Below, in pieces: positions 49,879 to 60,827 of a DNA stretch of 64,000 nt (within the stretch, counting starts at the first letter, position 1; every line of letters begins with the position of its first letter). A model generated the notes under the pieces. The model had not been told where the DNA came from and did no database searches. It saw nothing but the letters and a program-made list of their open reading frames with translations. The stretch is from Azolla caroliniana. Its lineage: Eukaryota; Plantae; Polypodiophyta. The stretch covers positions 15,748,001 through 15,812,000 of the forward strand of contig JBHGNT010000008.1 of assembly GCA_043228905.1 (NCBI GenBank), read 5' to 3'. Made by a program: the position numbers and the translations under genes.

Positions 49879-52800
49879 TCTCTTGTTATATATATATACA
49901 TATATATATTGTGGTGTCCCTTGGATGCAAGTGCATGCCTTCATGTTGGGTCTGCATGTGTTCCTTTGTGCCCCTTTTAGCATACCCTTGTTAGGACGCA
50001 TGTAGCTAAGTAGAGCCAACCCAAATGGGTACCTTTGTACGACTATAAATTGAATAGGAAGTAAGAAGCTAAGCAAGTTGGTTTTGGATTCCATTTATGT
50101 GCATTTCACATAATTGGTAGAGAAGCGGGGTAAAATTTTAGCCACTATCACCTCGTTCATGGCGTCCCAATTCCCTCCTGTCGTCGACTAAGTCGATATC
50201 CCTATGCAAGCTGAGTTCCCACAACCTCCTGAGCGACCACCCCCCTTCCAAATGGAGCAACTCCTACAAGTCCTCTCCAACGCCATGCTTCAAATCAGCC
50301 ACACGAACCAAGTTATGCTCTCCTTCCTCTCCGCTACCAATGATCAGTCTCCAGATCGGCCCGATTCCAAGGTTCGCCCAAAGTTCTTCTCCGGCTTGCC
50401 CTCTAAGGATGTCTTAGCATGGTTGGATCACTTTGAGATGATCTCAAGTTACCACAAATGGTCTGACGAGCGCAAGTCTTTGGAAGTTCGCACCTTGCTC
50501 GAAAATGTCGTTGCCACTTGGTACATACAACAAGCCAACGAAGTGACGGAGAACTGGGTGATCCTCTGGGATCTCCTCATGCAAAACTTCGCCCATCAAA
50601 ATTCGGCCCAGACGGCATTGCAACAACTCGAGACATTGCAACAACAAGCGCACGAACCAGTAGGCCAATTTGGTGTTCACCTAAATCAGCTCGAAGCTTC
50701 AACAATGTGATCCTCATTGCCCAACGCATCGAAGCTTGTACGCTATCTGACTCCCAACCAAGATGGCCCCCTCCACCATCGACTGACTTGTGCGCGCAGT
50801 ACCAAGGAGCGACCCCCATGGACATTGACGTCCAAAATATGCAGATGCAGACTCGCTGAAACCTTCCTAATCGTGATGCCCAAGGACGCCTGAAGTGTTT
50901 CTACTGCCACAATTATGGACACGTCCGACCTTATTGCCGGAAATTGCAGCAACAATCTCACAAGCAGCAAGCCCAGATAACCATGATTGACGCCGCATCG
51001 TTGGCTGAGCTTCCGGGAAACTAACTTCCGGGGTACTGATGGAAGAGCCAGCCCGCCACGTCCAAGCATCTGCCTCTTCTAGTTCACAGGTATGCACCGC
51101 TCTCGCCACCATTAATCACTCCACACACACCATCCTATTAGACTCTGGTAGTAGTATCTCTTCAATTAGCACCACCTTAGTTCACCAATTAGGCCACCCC
51201 ACAACCACCGCTCCTTCCATCTAAGTCCTTTTTGGCGATCGCCAACATCTATACCACTCTCACACGCAAGCCCATTGCACCGTTACCTTAGGCACTCTCA
51301 CATTCTCACACCACTTTTATGTCTTGCCCCTCCAACTCTTCCCCCTCACCTTAGGTTGCGATTGGCTCCTCAAGCGTCGCGCTATGATTGATTTCGATGC
51401 TCACAAACTGATTGTCCCACAAGCTCCCCCTATCCCCCTCCTACACAATAGTCCCCATGTCCCCCACCTCAGCCAAGTCCAGGTGGCCCTCAGTCCCAAA
51501 GAGCGGTTAATCTCCGTCCGCCAATTGTTAGCTCGTTTTCCGTCACTAGCCCCCCAACCCACGCATGCCGCTACTGTCTCTTTCCCGGTACAACATGTCA
51601 TTCGTACCGGGGATGTTGCTCCCATCTGCATGGCTACACGCCGACGTTCCCCCCTCGACCACGATCGCATCGATGCTGCCGTCACCGATATGCTCACCAA
51701 AGTTATTATCATTCCTTCCACCACCGATTGGGTTTCGGAACCCCACCTCGTCAAGAAGGATGATGGCACCTTCCACTTTTGCATCGATTTTAGGCCTCTC
51801 AACAAAGTGACGATCCATGACCGCTACCCGGTCCCTCGCGTGGACGACCTCTTGGACCTCCCGTTATTTCACCTCCCTCGACTTAGCCTCGGGATATTGG
51901 CAGATCCCCTTAAAGCCGTCTGACGCCCACAAGACCGCATTCCGCACACGACGCAGCCTGTTCCAATTCACCCGTATGCCATTTGGCTTGTCTGACGCCA
52001 GCAGCACATTCCAACGCATGGAAAACTCCATCTTTGCCGACCTTATCAGTAAAGGCGTCCTCCTTGTTTATCTCGACGACATCCTTATCCACACGACCAC
52101 TTGGGAGGATCATCTACAAACTCTCGTTGAAGTCCTCTCTTGCATAACTAAGCATAACTTGCAACTCCAATGGAAGAAGTGTCGATGGGGAAGCACCAGC
52201 CTCCGTTTTCTCGGCTTCATCATCTCTGGCGATGGAATCCGTATGGACCCTACAAAGGTAGTTGCCATCACCGACTACCCCCGCCCCAGCTCAATAAAAA
52301 CATTGCAACATTTTTTGGGCATGATCATCTTTTCCCTTCGCTTCATCCCGAACCTCAGGTTGGTCACTTTCCCCCTCCGTCATCTCATGAAGAAAGGTGT
52401 GTCATTCGTTTGGGATCCTGCTTGCGAAGACAGCTTTCGTCGCCTCAAAACAATGGTCCAAGAATCAGGGTTGCTCGCCTATCCTAACTTTGACCAGCCG
52501 TTTACGTCGCAGACAGATGCCTCTAACCATGGGTTAGGAACCGTCCTCATGCAAACTAATTGCCACGGGCAAGAGAAGGCGGTCGCCTTCATTAGCCGAA
52601 CTCTCACGCCAGCTGAACGGAACTACTCAACCACTGAGAAGGAACTACTTGCGATCTTCTGGTCTTTCCAACGTCTTCACCCATACCTTCATGGCAGGCA
52701 GGTTACGGTTGAGACTGCCCACCATCCCTTACTTTCTCTGATTCATCGACCTCACCCCCCGGGCCGCTTGTTGCGATGGACATTGGCACTTCAAGATTAT

Positions 52801-53877
52801 CAGTTTACCCTCTCCTATCGAAAAGGTGTAACCAATTTGGTCGCTGATAGTCTCTCTCGCGCCGATTTCCAAGTTGTCCAATTTCTACCCGCGACGTCTG
52901 ACCTTCCACTACCACTACCACAACTTGCTACACTTCAGCAACACGACCCTGCCATCCGAGAGATAAAGTTGCGCTCCCTCCAACCATTTCCCTCACAACA
53001 ACGGTTCATGCTCCACGATAACTTGGTGTCCTTCATTCAGGCGCATCACGAGCCGCGTCTCTACATCCCTCATGCCCTACAACAGACGTATCTCCAATTT
53101 TATCACGACCACCCATTGTCGGGTCATCTGGGTTTCCACAAGGTTCTTGAAAAATTACGTCTCAAGTATTATTGGCCCAACATGCGACACTCTGTCTCTA
53201 CCTACATCAACCAATGTGCTTTGTGTCAACACATCAAACCCGCGAGCAGGCCCGCCGGAACACTCCAACCCATCACCGTCACATCGCCTTTCGAGCTCGT
53301 CAAATGGGATTTCATGGGACCTTTTCCCAAAACCCCTAGTGGTGACAAGTATATCCTGGTCATAATAGAATACCTCACCAGATGGGTTGAAACTGTTGCC
53401 ATCCCTAACGTCACTACGCCAACAATCGCATCTCAACTTTTGCATAAGGTAATTTTTCAACATGGTTGCCCTGTCCAACTCTTATCTAATCAGGGCCACC
53501 AGTTCCATGGGGACGTCCTCAATGCGGTTGCAACTCAACTAGGTGTCCAGCAGGTGTTTACATCCCCGTACCATCCGCAAACAAAGGGCCTCACCGAACG
53601 CCTCAACAAGACCCTCAAGCAGGAGATTGTCGCTTACATTGATCCAGGCCACAAAACCTAGGATCAAATCTTGCCTTTCGTCACCCACGCCTACAATACA
53701 TCTGTTCAAGCGTCAACACAAATCAGCCCTTTTCGAGCACTCTATGGGCGTGACCCTCGGCTCCCACCAAAACCATCCATTGACGTCCATTCCAAACCTA
53801 CCAACATGGATGGTTCCACTTGGGGGCTCTATCTCCAACAACTGCTACCTCTCCTTCGATAGCAAGCTCTCGAAACC

Positions 53878-56800
53878 TGTTACCGGCCGGCAAGGAGTCC
53901 AAAATACGGAATTAATTAGATGGTTGTAAATGAGCATAGTGTGGACGGACGGACTGGAAACGGTATGCCGTTCCAGATCCGGACGGATCCCGAATAGGTG
54001 CGAGAGACACCGTTTTGTAATACGGGCCGGAAACCTATTTAAAGGCCCGGACCCCATTGTAATGACAGCGGATAATTAATAGAGCTTATGATGTTTGTAT
54101 TTTTGTCTTGATTTCCGTTCTGTAATTACTGTTATATCTTACGCGTGTAATTAACCAGAGCAATCTAATCGTGTAACCTACGTAAATCGGTGTAATCGTT
54201 GAATCTTAATCCTATGCCGTAATCACCTTTGGTGAAGTGTCTCCGTGACACCTTGTGTTAGGCCTTGTCCGGCTAAGAGAATAACACAGTTTTGGCGACC
54301 ACGATTCCTGCTTTCTCGCAGCGAACGACGGTAATGGATGACTAGACCAACGCACGACTTGGGTACAGACCGAGCTCGACGCCTCGCCGAACGGCAAAGA
54401 CGGCGTGAGACTTTCCAGCAAGCAGCGCAGGAAATTCGCTCGGATCGTTCGTTCTCCAACGAGATCCGGAGAGTCGCGGAGGAATCTCTCCGGTTACGGC
54501 AAACTCGCGACCAGGACGACGGAAGCAGTCTAAGTAGTCTCCGGGAAACCGAACGACTCCTGGAGGCGCTGGCAAGCGGAGAAAACGAGGCAGAAGCCTT
54601 TTCAGCCTACGAATCGGATTCCGAAGGGGGATACAGCGTGCACACGAACTACCGGAGCAGCAACGATACCCCCGGCGGCCCGGAAGACGACGGGTCGGAT
54701 AACGTGCCGACTCCAGAACCGGAACCGCTCAACCAGGGCTATCCGGAACCGCAAACGGAAGCCGTCAACCCACCAACACCGGAAGTGGAACAAGCAAAGC
54801 CACCAACACCAACGAAAGGGCCGGCAAAGGTACCGGAAGAAGAGCCGGAAAAAGAACCGGAAGAAGGACCGGCAAAAGAACCGGAAGTGGAACCGGAGAA
54901 AGAACCGGAAAAATATCAACAAACGCCACTAAACCGCGGCTTAATATTGGACGACGACATGCCGTTCCAATACTCAAAGTACCGCGATGATCCGGATGCG
55001 GAAGCACATGTGGATGACTTCGAGCAGACATGGGAAGCAAATCACACGTCCCAGCGAATGACACCGGAGGAAGAAGAACGCTCGAAGATAGCGGAATTCG
55101 GAGTCACGTTGGAGGGACCAGCGACACGATGGCGGCGGTCGAAGGACCCGGCGACCATCACAACATTTGCAGAATTAAAAGCAAAATTCTTGCATTTTTT
55201 CCACAAGGAGGTCGACCAGACGACAATGGTGGGGCTGTTTTATACGATCCGGCAGGAGGCAGGGGAAAGCATTCCCCAATTCGTCATCCGTTTCCAACGA
55301 ATGCATAGCCAGCTTGCCCGTGCACCCCCGGAGGAGGAATTACGGACGATATTTTTAAACGCACTCCGGGAACCGTTACGCACGGTGTGTACGGTGATTG
55401 ACTTTCGAGGATGCACCATCGATCAGGTCATTGATCGGGTCAGAGAAATGGAAAAGACAAGCTCATGGCTTACGCTGGGAACACTGCAACGGGCGTTACC
55501 CACCGAGGAAGATCTCCGGTTCCGGCAGGCAATTCAATGCACAATCTGCTTGAATGCCGGACACTCGGCAGTAGAGTGCACCATGCGCACTCAGTGTGTG
55601 ATTTGTCAATCCAAGAGTCATACAACGGACCGGTGCGAGTACAACCTGTTAAATCGACAAGCACCACCCGTCCGACGGATCGAGCCAAGAAGCAGCCGAG
55701 ACGAAGATGACGATCGTTGGCAAAGAGGGAACCGGTACCCACCGGCACAAGATGTCCGGTACGGAGACAGGCAAGAGAATGATGGCCGGTACGGGAATCG
55801 GCGTGATAACTACGACCGGTATGAGCGATCGGACCGTTATCGGGAGCCCAACAGGCGACACGAGCAATACGATAGAGACCATTCCCCTGGTTACCGAAGG
55901 CACCAGGAGGACTACGACCGATGTTACGATCCACCACGGCCGGACTACCGAAATAAACATAAGAATAATAAGAAACGTAACTTCAAGAAAGGTGGTCACC
56001 CTAGGGACCCGGAACATGGAATCCCAAGGAGCCAACCGGCACAGAACGCACCACTCGCTACGGGACCAACTCCGGCTACCAACAATGCTGAATCCAGCAA
56101 TACCCGTAAAGAGTACTGCTACTACTGCAGGCAGGAAGGCCACTACAGTAACCAGTGCCCGGTAAAGAGCTACGAGAGGTCCCGGATCCGGGGAGAGAAA
56201 GAACGAGAACCAGTTACGGTCAACCTCAGTGATGAGGAACCGTTACTGGAAGGAGACCAGACCGGAAGCAGTCAAACGGAGATGCCGGAGCCAGAGAGAC
56301 AAACGGAGCAGCCGGAGTCAGCGAAACAAATGGAGCAGCAGCAGCCAGCAGAGCAGCCGGAGCAACCTCAGTCACAACCGCAATCACAGCAGCAGCAGCA
56401 AGCACAGCCGCAACAACCACAACCGAAAGAACAAGCGGAAATTCTTGAACCAAGTATTTTGGACAATTTGGGTGAACAATGAAGGGGCCGAGAAGGGTTC
56501 GACGTACAAGGTACTGTCCCACGGGCATGCCATGTGTTACCGGCCGGCAAGGAGTCCAAAATACGGAATTAATTAGATGGTTGTAAATGAGCATAGTGTG
56601 GACGGACGGACTGGAAACGGTATGCCGTTCCAGATCCGGACGGATCCCGAATAGGTGCGAGAGACACCGTTTTGTAATACGGGCCGGAAACCTATTTAAA
56701 GGCCCGGACCCCATTGTAATGACAGCGGATAATTAATAGAGCTTATGATGTTTGTATTTCTGTCTTGATTTCCGTTCTGTAATTACTGTTATATCTTACG

Positions 56801-56943
56801 CGTGTAATTAACCAGAGCAATCTAATCGTGTAACCTACGTAAATCGGTGTAATCGTTGAATCTTAATCCTATGCCGTAATCACCTTTGGTGAAGTGTCTC
56901 CGTGACACCTTGTGTTAGGCCTTGTCCGGCTAAGAGAATAACA
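53878..56943 (+). mobile_element. Gag-only Gypsy element F, very young, related to element C
   Basis: 409-bp LTRs 53878-54286 and 56535-56943 differing at 1 position seen. TSD AAACC. PBS TGGCGACCAC (tRNA-Arg UCG type) at 54293. No pol and no PPT. Confidence 0.95.
54338..56482 (+). CDS. Retrotransposon Gag-like protein (714 aa) with three CCHC knuckles, acidic/Pro-rich N-terminal linker and Gln-rich tail
   Basis: Open ORF. Capsid-like core homologous to the gag of element C (MPFQYSKYRDDPDAEAH vs MPYPYPRYTDGPDAESH). CTICLNAGHSAVEC, CVICQSKSHTTDRC, CYYCRQEGHYSNQC. Confidence 0.88.
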   Translation: MTRPTHDLGTDRARRLAERQRRRETFQQAAQEIRSDRSFSNEIRRVAEESLRLRQTRDQDDGSSLSSLRETERLLEALASGENEAEAFSAYESDSEGGYSVHTNYRSSNDTPGGPEDDGSDNVPTPEPEPLNQGYPEPQTEAVNPPTPEVEQAKPPTPTKGPAKVPEEEPEKEPEEGPAKEPEVEPEKEPEKYQQTPLNRGLILDDDMPFQYSKYRDDPDAEAHVDDFEQTWEANHTSQRMTPEEEERSKIAEFGVTLEGPATRWRRSKDPATITTFAELKAKFLHFFHKEVDQTTMVGLFYTIRQEAGESIPQFVIRFQRMHSQLARAPPEEELRTIFLNALREPLRTVCTVIDFRGCTIDQVIDRVREMEKTSSWLTLGTLQRALPTEEDLRFRQAIQCTICLNAGHSAVECTMRTQCVICQSKSHTTDRCEYNLLNRQAPPVRRIEPRSSRDEDDDRWQRGNRYPPAQDVRYGDRQENDGRYGNRRDNYDRYERSDRYREPNRRHEQYDRDHSPGYRRHQEDYDRCYDPPRPDYRNKHKNNKKRNFKKGGHPRDPEHGIPRSQPAQNAPLATGPTPATNNAESSNTRKEYCYYCRQEGHYSNQCPVKSYERSRIRGEKEREPVTVNLSDEEPLLEGDQTGSSQTEMPEPERQTEQPESAKQMEQQQPAEQPEQPQSQPQSQQQQQAQPQQPQPKEQAEILEPSILDNLGEQ

Positions 56944-57472
56944 AAACCTACAAGTCGCACAACAACGCCAAAAGCGACACTACGACGTGGGTCGAATTAC
57001 CCCAACTTATGATGATGGAACCAAAGTCCTTATTTACTTCCCGGTCCGACGGCGCAGTCTTAGCGAATCACTCATGCACTGATGGATCGGCCCATTCACC
57101 GCGGTTCATGCAATCAAATCCACGACTTACTTGCTCTGATGCGATTCCAATGGTCGCTTCACCTCCGCCCATGTTGCCCGCATCAAGCCCTATGCTACCC
57201 CAAGCCCATCTTCTAGCACTAGTCCTTTCCCCATATCGTAAAAATCCTTGTTTCTCTCAGGGGGGAAATGTGGTGTCCCTTGGATGCAAGTGCATGCCTT
57301 CACGTTGGGTCTACATGTGTTCCTTTGTGCCCCTTTTAGCATACCCTTGTTAGGACGCATGTAGCTAAGTAGAGCCAACCCAAATGGGTACCTTTGTACG
57401 ACTATAAATTGAATAGGAAGTAAGAAGCTAAGCAAGCTGGTTTTGGATTCCATTTATGTGCATTTCACAATA

Positions 57473-57509
<37 letters not shown>

Positions 57510-58840
57510 ACACCCCATATCCCAAAGCCAAGGTCTAGTAACTTGCTAATGGAACTAACGCATTGATACTATGCCCAAAGGAATCTTATAGGTTAGGATC
57601 ATTGTGCACATTATGACAAATCAAATGGTAAGCGACCATTCATATTGAAGAGATCCATGGATTAGAGTTATGTCGCAAGAATGGAAGTAAGAGTGCAAGA
57701 TGTTATCACTTAGAGGTCATCCATTAGTTAATGGGAGCCTACTCTAACATTAACCCCCACTAATGTAGCTTTATGTATGCATAAACAAAAGTGTGCAAAT
57801 GATAGGTTTTATTTCATCATATAGTTCAATTAGTTGTACTAGATTTTTCTTAGATATTCTTTTTCCATTTTATGAGAGATTATGTATCATTTTGTACATG
57901 TGTGTGGCTCTCCTAAACCTGGTTTAGGTTATGTTGGAATGTTCTATATACTGTTATATATAGCTATTTTTGGAAAGTCATTTTGGTTTTGCTTGTCCTT
58001 TTAAAGTTATAGCATTACACCGAATCGCATGGGGAAGAAGTTACATGGAGATGCTCAGGGATTCAAAAGAGGAGTATTCCTTGAAATGGCCATTGTTCAA
58101 AGCTTCATGTTAGTATGGGCAATGTGGAACATGTCTAAAATTTAAAAATCCATTCCAAGGATTGACGCCAAGGTATCCCATGTTTTTTCATAGGCCCATG
58201 GAAATGAAGATGTGGTTTACTGTTTATGTAAGCACCCCATCACAACATATGTAATATTACATACTTTGAGGTGCATGCTTGAGATACTTGTGCTTCAAGC
58301 ATGTAAATGTAATATTACTTTGAAGCACATGTCTTAGATTATGGCATATTATTGCACAAATGATTCGGGTATCACACCACTACTTTCAAGTGGATTTGGC
58401 CTCACAACCTCCAGTATTATATAGTGTTATTTCGGAACACATGTGTTAGGTTATGTCATACTCCTTTGAAGCCATTTCTTAAGAGTCATCATCATGGTTT
58501 CGAATGGTTATGGCACAAATGATTCAAACATCAAACAACCATTCAATTTATTCCATAGTTTGTACATTCATTAGCTAAATTTCTGTTATCTAAATGCAGT
58601 CACAAATATACAAGCATTTTCAAAATTAGTTTGTTTAGCTTATGGCCGCTACTTACATTTACTCCTGAACTCCTAAACGAAAAGACAGATTTTAAAACTT
58701 AGAATTTCTTAAGAACATCATTTAAAAGAGTGCCCTTAATTTGAAGGTAGAAACCTCGATTGTCGGGTATTTCCACAATTTGCACGGGTTCTTAACTTCA
58801 ATCCTTTCTCATTTCTTAACACCCATGCTTTGCCATTGAA

Positions 58841-58986
58841 CTTGGGTTTGAACCATGCCAACTAGTTAGCATAAAATGGTTCAATCACAATCACCATTAC
58901 ATGGGGTCGAAGTTGGGTTGAACCATGCCAATTAGTTAGCTTAAAATGATTCGATGATCACAATCACCATTATATGTGGTCGAAGC
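58841..58986. repeat. About 70-bp diverged tandem duplication
   Basis: TTGGGTT(T)GAACCATGCCAA...CACCATTA...GGTCGAAG occurs twice. Confidence 0.75.
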
Positions 58987-59042
58987 TGTGTTGCTACATA
59001 TACCAATGTAGTGAGCTTAAATTGATTCAATCGCAAACATCC

Positions 59043-59262
59043 GATAAAAATGGACCAAATCCCTCAACAAGTTCAAGGAAAAATAGGGTCATGTGTTCGA
59101 ATTTGAAATAGGGTATCCCCGATAAAATGGACCAAATCCCTCGACAAGAAGGAACAATAGGGTCATGTGTTCGAATTTGAAATAGGGTACCAGATAAAAT
59201 GGACCAAATGCCTCAACAAGAGGGAACAATAGGGTCATGTGTTCGAATTTGAAAATAGGTTC
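59043..59262. repeat. 3 x about 72-78-bp tandem repeat downstream of psaD
   Basis: Unit GATAAAATGGACCAAATCCCTCAACAAG...AATAGGGTCATGTGTTCGAATTTGAAATAGG. Confidence 0.88.
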
Positions 59263-59460
59263 CGAATCGTGTGTGTGTGGGGGTATTCAACATCGATTAT
59301 TAAGCAAATTAAACTAAGAGAGATTCTAATACATCACATTATAATTTTATAAAAGAAAAACAAAACATGAGGTTTTCCACCACAAACCATCCACCAAAAA
59401 AGCAAGGAGAAAGAAAATACATGGGAGGAGGGGCTATGAAGAAATAATATAAGAGTGAGT

Positions 59461-60099
59461 TTACAGATCAAAGGCATTCTTGCCGGTGAATTTGACGGCG
59501 ATCGGGTTCACATTCTTACCGATGGAGCGTAAGTTTTGTCCGACTCCCTTGCGGCCGGCATTGACCTTCTCGGGGTACACTCCGTCCTTGGGGTGAAGGT
59601 ATTGGACTTCGCCATTGGGGAAGACACGGTAGAATTGGTAGTTGATCTTGAATTTCGAGCGGAGCCTATTGCCGAGGGCAAGGCATTGCTCCTTGCGAGC
59701 AAGCTTGAGGAGGTTGGGGCCCGACCTCATGATGGCCGCGCCTCCGGTCGGCATCTCGAAGATCTGCTCCTTGGGGGATTCCCACGTGATCACGTAGAAT
59801 TCCTCGACTTGCGCCTTGCGGAGGAGGCCCCCCGTGCTACCCCCGAAGATGGGAGAGGGAGTGTTGGGCTTGAGCTCGGGCGGGGTGAAGCCCGCGGGAG
59901 CCGGGGGGGCTTCGGGAGCCGGAGGAGCCGATGCATCGGAGGAGAGGACAACAAGGCGGCGAGAAGCCGGGGTGCATGGCATGGCTATGGAGGAGGATGA
60001 GGCGGCCGCGGAGAGCTTCATGTGGCCTGTCCCCATTAGGGTTGAGGAGGATTGGGCCAATGAGAGGGAGGAGTAAGGAGTGGTGGTAAGAGAAGCCAT
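59461..60099 (-). CDS. psaD: Photosystem I reaction centre subunit II (PsaD), chloroplast precursor
   Basis: Ser/Ala-rich transit peptide followed by [44 protein letters not shown]...[11 protein letters not shown]...[15 protein letters not shown]. Single exon. Confidence 0.98.
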   Translation of the reverse strand: MASLTTTPYSSLSLAQSSSTLMGTGHMKLSAAASSSSIAMPCTPASRRLVVLSSDASAPPAPEAPPAPAGFTPPELKPNTPSPIFGGSTGGLLRKAQVEEFYVITWESPKEQIFEMPTGGAAIMRSGPNLLKLARKEQCLALGNRLRSKFKINYQFYRVFPNGEVQYLHPKDGVYPEKVNAGRKGVGQNLRSIGKNVNPIAVKFTGKNAFDL

Positions 60100-60254
60100 G
60101 GGTGCACCACAAAATTTTGCTGATTTTGATGGCTTTCTTGCTAGCTTGCTTCCTTTAGATCTCTTACAATGAAGAAGAAGAAAGAAGAAGAAGAAGAAGA
60201 AGAAAGAGTAGGATGAAGAGAATGATCAATAGAGTTCACTCAAAAAGAAGAAGA

Positions 60255-60265
60255 GATAAGGCCAC
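60255..60265. promoter_or_regulatory. Candidate light-responsive I-box (GATAAG) with adjacent GCCAC (SORLIP1-like)
   Basis: GATAAGGCCAC about 160 bp upstream of the psaD ATG. The motifs are short and could occur by chance. Confidence 0.35.
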
Positions 60266-60353
60266 AACCAATGATATCTCTCCCTTCACATTATCATTAT
60301 TATTAGATGATCCTTTATGCCATTCTTGTCCACTCAAAACCTCCCTTACCTCC

Positions 60354-60827
60354 TAACAATCGGCAACGGTTCGGTTAGTTTTGGTTTGAACCATCGAACC
60401 GAACCGCAAAACCTTGGCTTAATAGTTTTAACGGTTCGGTTCAGGTTCAAGTTTTTTTAACTGTCTGGTTTGGGGATGAACGGTTCGGTTTGAACTACGG
60501 TTTAAATGGTTCGATGGATTAGGGTTGCCAAATGATTTTTTTTTAAATAACCTTTTCGTTTTTAAGCCTAGTCCTCACATTTTAAGAAAAATCTTTAAAA
60601 TTTTGAAAAATTAAAATTTGTAATAATGAAAATTGAAATTTTGAATTTTGACCGAAAGTGAAAACCAAAACCGAACCACGAAACCGCGGTTTTAACGGTT
60701 TAATGGTTTGGATTCTTTGTAATGAATCGGTTTAAATGGTTTCTGGTTGGTTTGGTTTGGTTCAAGTTTCAAAATTTTAAAACGGTTTGGTTTTGACACT
60801 CTCCAACCAAACCGTTGCTGATTGTTA
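60354..60827. mobile_element. Complete 474-bp MITE (hAT- or Mutator-type non-autonomous DNA transposon)
   Basis: TIRs TAACAATCGGCAACGGTT and AACCGTTGCTGATTGTTA. Flanks CTTACCTC(C) and CTTACCTC(T) give an 8-9-bp TSD. Many AACCG/CGGTT subterminal motifs. Confidence 0.85.

Larger units (their letters stand above)
49910..57469 (+). mobile_element. Gypsy element H with 201-bp LTRs, inserted in (TA)n, split by element F
   Basis: LTRs 49910-50110 and 57269-57469 (about 3 differences). 4-bp TSD ATAT. PBS TGGTAGAGAAGCGGGGTA (tRNA-Ala-like). PPT AGGGGGGAAA. Gag with PMDID and knuckle, protease LLDSGS, RT YLDD, RNase H TDAS, integrase HDHPLSGH...YHPQ, with several stops. Confidence 0.93.

Noticed and set aside
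59043-59262. Regularly spaced repeats resembling a CRISPR array (also the LTR 27-mers)
   Set aside because: Whole units repeat without unique spacers, there are no cas genes, and the context is eukaryotic.
59536-60112. Alternative-frame and antisense ORFs over psaD (and over GDSL and the Copia pol)
   Set aside because: Shadow ORFs caused by GC-rich codon usage of the real genes.
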